From positions 1,888,001 to 1,952,000 of the forward strand of contig CAWGRW010000009.1 of assembly GCA_963825135.1 (NCBI GenBank): a DNA stretch of 64,000 nucleotides. The letters run 5' to 3'. Positions 28,960 to 38,532 of this stretch are shown here, piece by piece. The number at the start of each line of letters is the position of its first letter. Within the stretch, counting starts at the first letter, position 1. Origin of the DNA: an uncultured bacterium. Lineage in GTDB: Bacteria; Desulfobacterota_D; UBA1144; Nemesobacterales; UBA2774. A model generated the notes under the pieces. The model had not been told where the DNA came from. It did no database searches and saw nothing but the letters and a program-made list of their open reading frames with translations. Made by a program: the position numbers and the translations under genes.

Positions 28960-30063
28960 ATGCCGGAAAAAGCAAAGGAAAAGGGAAAATCGAAAGGTAA
29001 GGGCCTTCCGGAATCGAGGGTAAGGGGGGAAATTAGACGCCTTTCGGCTTATTCCGTCCCTAACATTGAGACCCGTATCAAGCTTGACGGCAATGAAAGC
29101 CCGTTTCCGCTCCCCCCCGAAGTCGCCGACAAGGTTTTCGACAGGCTGCGCTCCGTCGATGTCAACAGGTATCCGGACCCCGAAGCAGCGGAACTGCGTA
29201 GACTGATCTCGGGGATAAATGGTTTCCCTCAGGGCGGGATACTCCTGGGTAACGGCTCTGACGAGCTCATCGGCATGCTCATCACCGCGTTTTCAGGCGG
29301 TACCGGAAGAATACTCTATCCCGCTCCCACGTTCTCAATGTACGGCATAAGCGGGCGCGCGCTCGGCACGGAGGTGCTCGAGGCGGAGCTCGACGGTAAT
29401 TTCGATCTCGACATGGACAGGACCGCGGGCCTGATCGATAAAAAAGACCCGGACCTCATTTTCCTCGCCTCCCCGAACAACCCCACGGGCAATGTGTATT
29501 CGGCCGATAAAATACGGAAGATAATAGGTCTTTCGAAGGGCATAGTCGTCATTGACGAGGCGTATTCGGATTTCAGCGGCTACACCTTTTTACCGTTAGT
29601 TAAAAAGCACGAAAACCTTATAATACTCCGCACACTTTCCAAGGTCGGGTTCGCGGGCCTGAGGCTCGGCATACTCTACGGCCGGGAAGACCTCGTTCAC
29701 GAGATAAACAAGGTCAGGTACCCCTACAACATTAACTCGCTCACACAGGGGGCTGCTGAAGTAGTCCTCAGGAACCACGAATTCGTATCCGAGAACATAC
29801 AGCTGATAGTGAGGGAGAGGGACAGGGTGTATAAAATACTTTCCGGGCTGACGGGCGTGGAGCCCTATCCGAGCGACGCCAACTTTATACTCTTCAAGGT
29901 CGGGGACGCCGACTCCGTTTTCAATGCCCTCATAGAGCGGGACGTGCTAATAAGGAATTTCAACAGACCCGGAAGGCTCGAGAACTGCATGCGCGTAACG
30001 ATCGGGACGCCATATGAAAACGACTCTTTTCTGAACGCCCTACGGGATATTCTTTCGCCTTAG
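28960..30063 (+). CDS. hisC: Histidinol-phosphate aminotransferase
   Basis: KLDGNESP, NRYPD, GNGSDE, PNNPTG, DEAY and RTLSK..FAGLRLG; follows hisD. Confidence 0.95.
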   Translation: MPEKAKEKGKSKGKGLPESRVRGEIRRLSAYSVPNIETRIKLDGNESPFPLPPEVADKVFDRLRSVDVNRYPDPEAAELRRLISGINGFPQGGILLGNGSDELIGMLITAFSGGTGRILYPAPTFSMYGISGRALGTEVLEAELDGNFDLDMDRTAGLIDKKDPDLIFLASPNNPTGNVYSADKIRKIIGLSKGIVVIDEAYSDFSGYTFLPLVKKHENLIILRTLSKVGFAGLRLGILYGREDLVHEINKVRYPYNINSLTQGAAEVVLRNHEFVSENIQLIVRERDRVYKILSGLTGVEPYPSDANFILFKVGDADSVFNALIERDVLIRNFNRPGRLENCMRVTIGTPYENDSFLNALRDILSP

Positions 30064-31602
30064 CCTCACAACCGCCGCGAACCCCGCCCAGAACAGCAGG
30101 CATGCCGCGGGAAAGACATCGCCGACTCTCGTGTACAGCGTGAGCCCCCCGTTCATGAGCCCGACCTCGCTTTCGAGGTTAGTTCTGACGAAAATAGGGG
30201 TCTTCGCGACCACTCTTCCAACGGGGTCGATAACTGCGCTTATCCCCGTGTTGGTAGATCTCAGGAGGTACCTCCTGGTCTCGACCGTCCTCGGAATGGA
30301 AATGAACATGTGCTGATAAGGGGCTACCGTCCTTCCGAACCACGCGTCGTTCGTGATGTTGACTATCAGGTTCGCTCCCTTCTCGACAAACCTCCTGCTG
30401 AATGACGGGATTATGTCCTCGTAGCAGATTATGGGCGCGATCCTCGCCCCCTTGTCCTCGATCTCGAACAGGTTGAGCTCTCTGCCGGGGGTGAAGTCCC
30501 CCGAGGCGGGGCTTATATTCTTGAGCGCCGGTATCAGGTTCGTGAACGGCAGATATTCGCCGAATAAAAGGAGCTTGATTTTATGATACCTTCCCATGAT
30601 CACGCCGTCTGAATTGGTGAGGAAAGCTGTGTTGTACATTGTGAGGTTTTCATTCGTCAATACCTCGACATCAGGGTCCTTCGGGGTGAATGACATTCCG
30701 CCCACTATGAAGTATTTCCCGTCCATTCGGGGAACGCCCATTTTGTCTCCGACCAGCAGGTAGGCGGAATCGGTCGGGAACCACGCCTGGATCGCGGTCT
30801 CGGGCCATATGATGAGGTCTGCGGACTTGAGGTCAAGAGACATCTCCTTATGCCTGTCCGTCACCACCTCTTCCTGGCTCTCCGATTTCTCGAGGAAGTC
30901 AAAATTCGCCTGCACCATGCCTATCTTGAGCTTGGGCGCCTCGGCGATCTCCCTGTCGACCACGTCTATCCTCATGTACCCGTAAACGAGAGTCAGCACG
31001 ACGAGCGCGAGCGCGAGCGCTATCTCTCCGGTCGGCAATGGTGATTGCCCGATCGCCCTTTTCAGCACCCTCATGAGCGCGACGTTGACGACGACTATTA
31101 TAAAGCTCAGCGCATAGACGCCGAACAGGTCGAATATCTGGATGACCGGTATATAATCCGCCTGCGAATTTGCGATTCCGTAAGGGAAAAGGAACGGGAA
31201 CAGGTATTCGATCGATGTCCAGACGGCCGCGACGAGGAGGACCGATACGACGCCCGGCTTCCCGAGGAACCCGAGTCTTGTGACTATGTATGAAAATATT
31301 GCGTAAGAGAGACCCGAGAACGCGCTCAGCGCTATTATAAACAGGACGCTCACCGCGATCGGAAACCCCCCGAACCTGCTGAGGGTTCCTATGAGCCAGT
31401 ATGTGCCCGCGAAATTGGATATGAGCCCGGCGAGAAGCCCGAGCTTGAACGCGTCTGACCCCGACTTATTATCTATCGCCCAAAAAAGAGGGATGAGGAG
31501 CACCCAGGCGAGTATCCCCGTGTAGGGGATCATGAACGTGAGCGGGTACAGCACGCCCGTAAGGGCCGCTAAGACGAGGTCGTTCCTGCTTATCCTGTTC
31601 AT
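30040..31602 (-). CDS. lnt: Apolipoprotein N-acyltransferase
   Basis: WPETA, YHKIKLLLFGEYLP, ICYE, TNDAWFG and RSTNTGIS. Likely start MNRISRN; the 3' end overlaps hisC by 24 bp. Confidence 0.95.
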   Translation of the reverse strand: MNRISRNDLVLAALTGVLYPLTFMIPYTGILAWVLLIPLFWAIDNKSGSDAFKLGLLAGLISNFAGTYWLIGTLSRFGGFPIAVSVLFIIALSAFSGLSYAIFSYIVTRLGFLGKPGVVSVLLVAAVWTSIEYLFPFLFPYGIANSQADYIPVIQIFDLFGVYALSFIIVVVNVALMRVLKRAIGQSPLPTGEIALALALVVLTLVYGYMRIDVVDREIAEAPKLKIGMVQANFDFLEKSESQEEVVTDRHKEMSLDLKSADLIIWPETAIQAWFPTDSAYLLVGDKMGVPRMDGKYFIVGGMSFTPKDPDVEVLTNENLTMYNTAFLTNSDGVIMGRYHKIKLLLFGEYLPFTNLIPALKNISPASGDFTPGRELNLFEIEDKGARIAPIICYEDIIPSFSRRFVEKGANLIVNITNDAWFGRTVAPYQHMFISIPRTVETRRYLLRSTNTGISAVIDPVGRVVAKTPIFVRTNLESEVGLMNGGLTLYTRVGDVFPAACLLFWAGFAAVVRLRRKNIP

Positions 31603-31682
31603 GGGGGATAAAAGATACCCAACGCGCATACAATGGAAAGGAAGGTATGGTTCGAGTTTAACTACCTGAGCCGTTTGTTGAA

Positions 31683-32486
31683 TTACGCCTTTTTCTTCTT
31701 CCCGGGCTTTTTGGGGCTTGCGGTCTCTGCCGCCGTTTCGCCTGCTGTATTCAGGGCGTAGAGCTTGTATGCGCCTATAACTATCAGCAGAACCGCCATC
31801 AGCTGAGCTACGGAGAGGCCGGGCACGGGGCTCGGCGTCGTGCTCCTCAGGAACTCTATCAGGAATCTTTCGAGTCCGGCTATGATGAGGTATATGGAAA
31901 AAAGCCACCCGGCGGGCTTTTCCTTTTTTCTTATCTTCCATATGAATACGAACACGACCGACATTATTATTATTTCATATATCTGGGTCGGGTGGACCGG
32001 GACGTTCGTCGGCGGGAGCCCCTTCGGAAAGGCCATTGCCCAGGGCAGGTCCGACGGGACGCCGTAATCGTCCCCCACGAGGAAACAGCCGATCCTTCCT
32101 ATGGCGTATGCGAGAGCGAGGGCAGGGGCGGCGAGGTCGCCTACGACCCACATGCTGAGTTTGTTCCTGTGGGCTATGAACCATACGACGGCAAGCGCGC
32201 CGAAAAACCCGCCGTAATAAGTGAGCCCTCCTCGCGACAGGAGGTTGTTGAGGGGATGGCTCAGAATCTCCGACAGGGGTACGTTCTCGAACACATATAG
32301 CAGCTTCGCCCCGACAATCCCGCCCGCCATCGTCGCGAGGAACATATTCCCCACGAGTTTGTCGTTAAGTCCCTTTCTCCCGGCTTCGAGCGTTATTACC
32401 CAGTACCCGGCGATGAAGCAGAGCGCGATCATCGCTCCGAACGAAGATATTGAGAAGTTCCCGATTTTGACCAGTTCCGGATACAT
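31683..32486 (-). CDS. lgt: Prolipoprotein diacylglyceryl transferase
   Basis: GGLTYYGG, GRIGCFL.GDDYG, HPTQIYE and RFLIEFLR. Confidence 0.93.
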   Translation of the reverse strand: MYPELVKIGNFSISSFGAMIALCFIAGYWVITLEAGRKGLNDKLVGNMFLATMAGGIVGAKLLYVFENVPLSEILSHPLNNLLSRGGLTYYGGFFGALAVVWFIAHRNKLSMWVVGDLAAPALALAYAIGRIGCFLVGDDYGVPSDLPWAMAFPKGLPPTNVPVHPTQIYEIIIMSVVFVFIWKIRKKEKPAGWLFSIYLIIAGLERFLIEFLRSTTPSPVPGLSVAQLMAVLLIVIGAYKLYALNTAGETAAETASPKKPGKKKKA

Positions 32487-32489
32487 ACG

Positions 32490-32639
32490 TTAACCCTTTG
32501 TGCGGTCCTTCAGGCTCTTGGTTTCGGACTCTATCTCTTTTTTAATCCTTGCGTTTGCGGTTACCAGATAAAAAAGCATTGCAAAGAGTATCGAACAGAG
32601 GGCGAGCTGTATCAAAAAGGCGGATGTGAGCGTATTCAT
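32490..32639 (-). CDS. Small single-TM membrane protein (49 aa, CcmD-like architecture)
   Basis: Below the ORF-track cutoff: MNTLTSAFLIQLALCSILFAMLFYLVTANARIKKEIESETKSLKDRTKG. AGAGG SD; stop 3 nt before the lgt ATG. Confidence 0.7.
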   Translation of the reverse strand: MNTLTSAFLIQLALCSILFAMLFYLVTANARIKKEIESETKSLKDRTKG

Positions 32640-32787
32640 TGGCTTCCTCTAATACTTTGAACGGAAGAGCCTATAAGTCAAGTAAATTCGTTTTTCGCCG
32701 GCAATCCAAAAAAAATTATTTCTTAACGCGACTTTAACACATTTTTACTTGAATAGACCAATAAAAAAGGGTAAATTCACTTACCAT

Positions 32788-33387
32788 ATGCTAACCGCCC
32801 CCGTGTTAGTCCTTAACCGCTATTTCGTCCCGGTCACAATCACAAGCGTCAAAAGGGCATTCGTGCTGATGTACAGCGGAGTGGCAAAGGCCGTCGGCTC
32901 CGGTTACGAGACCTTCGATTTTGAGTCCTGGTCGCAGATATCCGCGATGAAGGGGAGTGAGGACGTAATCAGGACCGTAAACGCGGTGATACTCAGCCCC
33001 CGCGTGATAGTGCTCGTAAGGTACGAAGGTGTCATCAGGAAAGAGGCGAAGTTCAACCGTATCAACATATTCAGACGGGACGGCGGTACGTGCCAGTACT
33101 GTGCGCATAAGTACTCCCGCTCGGAGCTGACGATCGACCACGTCGTTCCCCGCTCACAGGGCGGTAGGAGCGTCTGGGATAACGTCGTATGCTGCTGTGT
33201 TGACTGCAACAGGAAAAAGGGCGGCAGGACTCCGGAGCAGGCGCGAATGAGGCTCAAGAGGAGACCGAAGAAACCGCTCTGGGACCCGTTTTCGAACATT
33301 TACATCAAAACCGTGATGTACAAGGAATGGGAGCCGTTTTTGAATTTCGTCGATATCTCGTACTGGAACGTGGAGCTCGAAGAATAA
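32788..33387 (+). CDS. HNH endonuclease (McrA-like, zinc-binding)
   Basis: VLVLN, RRD...CQYC, LTIDHVVPRSQGG, W.NVV..C..CNRKKG; likely start MLTAPVLVLN. Confidence 0.9.
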   Translation: MLTAPVLVLNRYFVPVTITSVKRAFVLMYSGVAKAVGSGYETFDFESWSQISAMKGSEDVIRTVNAVILSPRVIVLVRYEGVIRKEAKFNRINIFRRDGGTCQYCAHKYSRSELTIDHVVPRSQGGRSVWDNVVCCCVDCNRKKGGRTPEQARMRLKRRPKKPLWDPFSNIYIKTVMYKEWEPFLNFVDISYWNVELEE

Positions 33388-33506
33388 CATCCCTGTTTTT
33401 ACCGGAAATCTCGATTAAACTGGCATTTCGTTCCCCCATAGGCTAAATTTATTTTCGATTATTATCGTTCCGATAATCCGTATACTGATTTACAGGGAGG
33501 ACTACG

Positions 33507-34769
33507 ATGGCTTCTAGAATTTTTTTGATGTCGCTCACCGTTTTTTTTACGATCACCGCCTGGGCTTATGCCCAGATCAAGCTTCCGGACGTCACAGGTC
33601 CGATCATCCAGAGGATCCCGATAGTCATACCCGATCTCTCGAGCATAGGGTCCGCGGATCCGAAAGGGAGAGAGTTCGCGGAGGTCGTCAGGAACGACCT
33701 CGAGAACGCGGCTCTTTTTGATGTGAGCACAGGCAGCGGGGCTATCGCGGACGTAAACAACATCAGCTTCCAGTCGTTTTTCGATGCCGGGGCGGACTAT
33801 CTGATCGCGGGGCAGTACCAGTCGAGCGGCGGAAAAATAAAATACGCCGTTCAGCTGTACAACGTCAGGGAGGAAAGGCCTTTACTCGGGAGGTCGTACG
33901 AAGCCACTCCCGGGAAGGTGAGGGAAGCGGCGCACAGGTTCGCGGACCTCGTGATGAAGCAGATTACCGGGAACGACGGGTTTTTCACATCTAGGATAGC
34001 TTTCGTGCTTGGAGGGACCAGGAACAGAAACCTCTTCATAATGGACTACGACGGGGCGAATTTGAATCAGCTCACGAGACACGGCGCTCTTATTATGTCC
34101 CCCGACTGCTCGCCCGACGGCAGCGAGATAATATTCAACTCGGACAAGGTATGGGACCAGGACCTCTACCTGATCACGCTCAGGCCGGCCGTGACCGAGA
34201 AGAGGCTCACCCGCGCCTTCAAGCTGGAGCAGACCGCCGCATGGTCGCCAAGCGGGAATCAGATAGCCTTCAGCGCGAACGGAGACATATACGTCTCCGG
34301 TCCGAGCGGAAAAGGGGCGGTTAACCTGACGAGGAGCAGCGCCATAGACGTTTCTCCGACATGGTCTCCCGACGGGACCAGGATAGCGTTTGTGTCGGAC
34401 AGGGGCGGCAACCCTGCGATATACGTAATGAGCTCAAGCGGAAGCGGGGCTAGGAAGATCAGTTCCGGCGGGTACAGCACAGACCCGTCGTGGTCCCCGA
34501 ATCCCCAGGTCAACAAGATAGCGTTCGTGAAGGTCGAAGGGGGCGGTGCAAACATCTTCACGATCGGTCCCGACGGCTCAGGGGAGCAGAGGCTCACCTC
34601 AGGGTCGAGAAACGAGAACCCCGCCTGGTCTCCCGACGGTCATTACATTGCTTTCAGCTCCTCGCGCAACGGCGCAAAAGACCTTTACATAATGTATATG
34701 AACGGAGAGAACCAGAGGCGTCTCAGCCAGGGAGGGGGTAAAACTTTTCCAACCTGGTGCAGACAATAA
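33507..34769 (+). CDS. tolB: TolB-like periplasmic protein (TolB N-domain plus PD40 propeller)
   Basis: Signal peptide; AHRFAD...ITG..GFF.SRIAF; MDYDGAN; repeated P.WSPDG. Confidence 0.88.
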   Translation: MASRIFLMSLTVFFTITAWAYAQIKLPDVTGPIIQRIPIVIPDLSSIGSADPKGREFAEVVRNDLENAALFDVSTGSGAIADVNNISFQSFFDAGADYLIAGQYQSSGGKIKYAVQLYNVREERPLLGRSYEATPGKVREAAHRFADLVMKQITGNDGFFTSRIAFVLGGTRNRNLFIMDYDGANLNQLTRHGALIMSPDCSPDGSEIIFNSDKVWDQDLYLITLRPAVTEKRLTRAFKLEQTAAWSPSGNQIAFSANGDIYVSGPSGKGAVNLTRSSAIDVSPTWSPDGTRIAFVSDRGGNPAIYVMSSSGSGARKISSGGYSTDPSWSPNPQVNKIAFVKVEGGGANIFTIGPDGSGEQRLTSGSRNENPAWSPDGHYIAFSSSRNGAKDLYIMYMNGENQRRLSQGGGKTFPTWCRQ

Positions 34770-34831
34770 CAGAGCGATCGCTATTCTCCGGCTTGTACAG
34801 GGCGTAACGACATCATTCTGCGGGTGAATTA

Positions 34832-35368
34832 TTGAGACTCTTTATAGCCGCGCTTCTGCCGGAAGAAGTCAAAGCCGTCATTGGCGCATATATAAGGGTA
34901 TTGAAGCTCCGGTGCGAGGGTGTGAAGTGGGAAAACGACGACAAGCTCCACGTTACTCTAAAGTTCCTGGGCAGCGTCGATGACGCCCGTGCGCGGCAGG
35001 TGTCTTTACTTATAGGCGCTCTCGTCCGAAACTATTCCCCGTTCGAAATGAGCGTATCGAATTTCGGCGGCTTCCCCGACCTCGGAAATGCCCGGATTCT
35101 ATATACCGGATTATCCGAAAACCCGGAGCTTTCGTCTCTTCAGAGCAGTATGGACGAGGGGCTCGGGGCCCTCGGGTTTCCGAGGGAAACGCGCAAGTTT
35201 ATCCCCCATGTCACTATAGGCAGGATCAAGAGCAGGCTCGAGATAAAAGAAACCCTGCCGATACACGAAAAATGTAAGTTCACGATAGAAGAGATAGCCG
35301 TCGTCAAAAGCGAGACCAGGCGGGACGGCTCGGTCTACACCCCTCTCCACATATTCCGTCTCCACTGA
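34832..35368 (+). CDS. thpR: RNA 2',3'-cyclic phosphodiesterase (2H family)
   Basis: MRLFIA, LHVTLKFLG, FIPHVTIGR and G.VYTP. Confidence 0.92.
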   Translation: MRLFIAALLPEEVKAVIGAYIRVLKLRCEGVKWENDDKLHVTLKFLGSVDDARARQVSLLIGALVRNYSPFEMSVSNFGGFPDLGNARILYTGLSENPELSSLQSSMDEGLGALGFPRETRKFIPHVTIGRIKSRLEIKETLPIHEKCKFTIEEIAVVKSETRRDGSVYTPLHIFRLH

Positions 35369-35450
35369 CACACAACGTGTGGCGCAGAATCTGCGCTCAT
35401 ATACCATACTTCCCTTCCTCCTTTGCTCAAGCCACCAACCGAAGCCTAAC

Positions 35451-35496
35451 CCCATTCGACCTGAGCGCACACTTAGTGTACAGTCGAAGGGTCGAA
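35451..35496 (+). repeat. REP-like palindrome (CC.TTCG..CTGAGC...GTCGAAG family), copy 1
   Basis: CCCATTCGACCTGAGC-GCACACTTAGTGTACA-GTCGAAGGGTCGAA; related copy at 42912. Confidence 0.6.
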
Positions 35497-35542
35497 AGAC
35501 ATAAATATTCCGCTTGGTAATACAGCAGGATGGGATAAAATC

Positions 35543-36178
35543 ATGATTAGAGAGATTAGTGAGGCTATGGTGCTCTCGAAACCCATGATGAATTCGACAA
35601 AAATCCTGATCGCCGTATGTGTATGGCTCCTGGCGGCGCTCGTTGCCGGGGCGTCGGGCCTCTTCTCCAGGCTCGTTCCTCCATTCCCCCAGGCCGTTCT
35701 GCTCGGACTCGTTATTGCTCAGGTTCTCGTATTCGTGTTTTCCCCAGGTTTCAGGGACTGGTGTCTTTCAGTCGACGTAAGGGCGCTCGTGCTATTCCAC
35801 CTTACACGTTTCGTCGGCATATATTTCCTGATTCTCTACTCGCAGGGCAGGCTCCCCTATGATTTCGCGGTGCGGGGCGGATGGGGGGATATAGCGGCCG
35901 CCGCGTATGCAGTTGTTTTAGTCATTTTCGTCAGGCCCGCGGGAAAGGCCGGCTGGTCCCTCTATCTGCTTTGGAACGCGCTCGGCTTTGCCGACATCCT
36001 GTTAGTTGTTATGACCGTGGCGAGACTCGCGTTCTCGGAGCCGGGCTCGATGGACGAGCTTTTGATGCTCCCGCTTAACCTCCTCCTGACTTTCATTGTC
36101 CCGGTAATCATCTTCACGCATATTGTCATATTCGTGAGGCTCCTTGCGGCAAGAAAGCGCGGATATACGGTTATCTGA
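35543..36178 (+). CDS. Hypothetical membrane protein (start uncertain)
   Basis: About 6 TM segments; H..RFVG..FL...GRLP..FA..GGWGD and WN.LG..D pattern. Confidence 0.6.
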   Translation: MIREISEAMVLSKPMMNSTKILIAVCVWLLAALVAGASGLFSRLVPPFPQAVLLGLVIAQVLVFVFSPGFRDWCLSVDVRALVLFHLTRFVGIYFLILYSQGRLPYDFAVRGGWGDIAAAAYAVVLVIFVRPAGKAGWSLYLLWNALGFADILLVVMTVARLAFSEPGSMDELLMLPLNLLLTFIVPVIIFTHIVIFVRLLAARKRGYTVI

Positions 36179-36201
36179 TACCGATACGTCATTGAAGTTA
36201 T

Positions 36202-37284
36202 TTATTCGGCTTCCCTATTGAGGAGCCTCCGCTTCCGCTCTATACCCCAGCGATATCCTGAGATGGAGCCGTCGCTGCGTATGACACGGTGACACGGTAT
36301 GGCGACCGCGATTTTGTTGGATGCGCAGGCTTTCGCTACGGCGCGCGCGGCTTTCGGCGACCCGATCTTCTCTGCGATCTCCGTATAGCTTGCCGTTGAC
36401 CCCGGGGGGATTTGGCGGAGCGCCTGCCAGACTCGCGTCTGAAAGGCCGTCCCCATCATGTCGAGCGGTAAATCCAGGCCCAGCCTCGGGGCTTCGACAA
36501 ACCCTACGACGCGCGCCACTAGCCTCTCGAACCCTTCGTCGCCGCCGATGAGCTCCGCGTTGTGAAAACGGTCCTGAAACTCCCTTATGAGAGCGCCCGG
36601 TTCGTCACCGAGCGTGATGGCGCAGATTCCCTTCCCGGTGGCCGCGACGAGGATCGCGCCCAAAGAGCATTCACCGACTGCGAAGCGAATAGATTCGCCC
36701 CTCCCGCCCGAACGGAATATAGTAGGCGTCATGCCGAGCATGTCCGTCGCCGCGGAATAAAACCGCCCGCTCGAATTGAACCCCGCGCCGTAGATCGCCC
36801 CGGTCACGCTATCCCTCCGGTTGAGTTCTTCCTTCACGCGCCTCGCGCGGAGTGCACCGGCGTATGCCTTCGGCGTGAGACCGGTCACGGCTTTGAAAAC
36901 GCGGTGGAAATGAAAACGGCTCATGCCGAGAGTATTAGCCAATTCATCGAGACTCAACATTTCGTCCGCTTCCTCCATCAGGCGGCAGGCTTTCACCACG
37001 AGGGCGGTTCGCTCGTCATGGAAAGCTGCCTCATTCGGGCGGCACCTTCTGCAAGGACGGAAGCCCTTCCTTTCCGCCTCTTCGCGTGTCGCATGGAAGC
37101 GGACGTTTTCCCTCCTCGGCAGCCGCGACCCGCACGAAGGCCGGCAGTAGACCCCCGTCGTCAGCACGGAATAGTAGAAAGATCCGTCCGCTCTCCTGTC
37201 GCGGCGCTCCAGCGCCTCCCAGCGGTCATCGTCGTTTAGCAATAACGTCATCACGGAATAGTTTATCGTCATTGTCGAAGACAT
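36202..37284 (-). CDS. ada: Bifunctional transcriptional activator / O6-methylguanine-DNA methyltransferase Ada
   Basis: TTGVYCRPSC...GFRPCRRCRP Zn site, AraC-type HTH and IPCHRV active site; AAGGAGG SD. Confidence 0.96.
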   Translation of the reverse strand: MSSTMTINYSVMTLLLNDDDRWEALERRDRRADGSFYYSVLTTGVYCRPSCGSRLPRRENVRFHATREEAERKGFRPCRRCRPNEAAFHDERTALVVKACRLMEEADEMLSLDELANTLGMSRFHFHRVFKAVTGLTPKAYAGALRARRVKEELNRRDSVTGAIYGAGFNSSGRFYSAATDMLGMTPTIFRSGGRGESIRFAVGECSLGAILVAATGKGICAITLGDEPGALIREFQDRFHNAELIGGDEGFERLVARVVGFVEAPRLGLDLPLDMMGTAFQTRVWQALRQIPPGSTASYTEIAEKIGSPKAARAVAKACASNKIAVAIPCHRVIRSDGSISGYRWGIERKRRLLNREAE

Positions 37285-37349
37285 TACAGGCCTCCTTATT
37301 CATGTGTTTTATAGAGTAGCGACTTCCCAGTTACGCCGCACTCCGCTTC

Positions 37350-37362
37350 TTGCCCCCTAATT
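37350..37362 (-). promoter_or_regulatory. Ada box upstream of ada
   Basis: The minus strand reads AAT-TAGGGG-GCAA, matching the AAT-N6-GCAA A/B-box arrangement. A candidate -10 TACTCT lies at 37313-37318. Confidence 0.6.
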
Positions 37363-37411
37363 CAATATCCTCATGCTTGAAATCCGGCATCGAATCTGTG
37401 AGGATGATTGT

Positions 37412-38110
37412 ATGGGCGGCGACGATAAATTCGGCGGGTTCTGGAAAGAAACGTTTGATTTTTTAAGGGACCTCGAGCTCAACAACCGGAGAGAGTGGTT
37501 CGAATCCAACCGGGGCGTTTTCGAAGACCGTGTTCTCCGGCCGGCCCAGGATTTCGTCGTTGATATGGGAGAGAGGCTCAAAACCATATCCCCGCGGGTA
37601 TCGGCTATCCCCCTGATCGATAAATCGATATTCCGGATGTACAGGGACACGAGGTTCTCCGCGGATAAGACCCCCTATAAGACCCACATCGGACTCCTCT
37701 TTTGGGAGGGCCCGAGGAAAAAGCTCGAGAACCCGAACTATTACGTACAGCTCAATAAATCCTCGATCTTCGTAGGCGCGGGAGAGTACCGTTTCCCCGC
37801 CGATCTGCTCGGACGGTACAGGGACTCCGTGGTCCACCCGAGGCAGGGCGCTGAGCTAAAAAGGATTCTGGACCGGATAACCGCGAACCCGTCATATAAG
37901 ATAGGCGGCCGGCATTATAAGAAAGTCCCGCGGGGTTATGATCCCGGTCACACGAGAGCGGATCTACTGCTCCATAACGGCCTTTATACGTACTATGAGA
38001 GCGCCCTGTCTGACGAGGTGTATTCTCCCCGGTTCGTCGATTACTGTTTCAACATTTTGAGGGAGATGTCCCCGCTCTATAAGTGGCTGACCCGGGTCAA
38101 TCCTATATAA
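37412..38110 (+). CDS. DUF2461 family protein
   Basis: FL..L..NNRREWF, SIFRMYRDTRFSADKTPYK and KKVPRGY. Confidence 0.9.
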   Translation: MGGDDKFGGFWKETFDFLRDLELNNRREWFESNRGVFEDRVLRPAQDFVVDMGERLKTISPRVSAIPLIDKSIFRMYRDTRFSADKTPYKTHIGLLFWEGPRKKLENPNYYVQLNKSSIFVGAGEYRFPADLLGRYRDSVVHPRQGAELKRILDRITANPSYKIGGRHYKKVPRGYDPGHTRADLLLHNGLYTYYESALSDEVYSPRFVDYCFNILREMSPLYKWLTRVNPI

Positions 38111-38145
38111 TATATATAGCGTTATCAAAGATCGGGGAGGTCTCA

Positions 38146-38517
38146 ATGACGGACGAAGAGAGAAAATCGATAGCTACCGAATACCTGAAGAGTCTCGACT
38201 ACGGGAGGGACTTTTTCCACCTCTTCGCGGAAGACGCGGAGGTGTTCTTTCCGAACTGGGGAGTCGCCAGAGGCGCAGTCGAATACAAGAGGCTTTTTTC
38301 GGACCTGGGTGCGCGCGTCGCTGAATTCATACACCACCATGCGTACATAAACTGGATTATTCAGGGTGACATGGTCGTCGCCGAGGGGTCGAGCGAGGGG
38401 AAGCTCAAGACGGGCGAGAGCTGGACCGACAGCAAGTGGTGCGACGTTTTCGAGATCAGGGACGGGAAGATAAAGCGCCTGTACATATACCTCGACCCCG
38501 AGTATTCGAGATATTGA
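38146..38517 (+). CDS. SnoaL-like / NTF2-family protein
   Basis: LFAEDA, GDMVVAEG and WCDVFEIRDGKI.RL.IYLD; GGAGG SD before MTDEERK. Confidence 0.85.
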   Translation: MTDEERKSIATEYLKSLDYGRDFFHLFAEDAEVFFPNWGVARGAVEYKRLFSDLGARVAEFIHHHAYINWIIQGDMVVAEGSSEGKLKTGESWTDSKWCDVFEIRDGKIKRLYIYLDPEYSRY

Positions 38518-38532
38518 CGGGAAACGCCCATA

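Noticed and set aside
31603..31941. 113-aa N-terminal extension of Lnt in the ORF track (similar extensions on 46828-48033 and 52759-53325)
   Set aside because: The extensions overlap or abut neighbouring genes and look non-coding; family-typical starts lie downstream.
32788..33387. HNH nuclease as a defence or RNA-guided system
   Set aside because: It is a common stand-alone HNH type in housekeeping context, with short flanks and no array, methylase or structured RNA visible.
36562..37239. Long antisense ORFs (also 40497-41273, 41891-42631, 61054-61572, 62791-63453)
   Set aside because: They are shadows of well-supported genes on the opposite strand, expected in GC-rich coding DNA.
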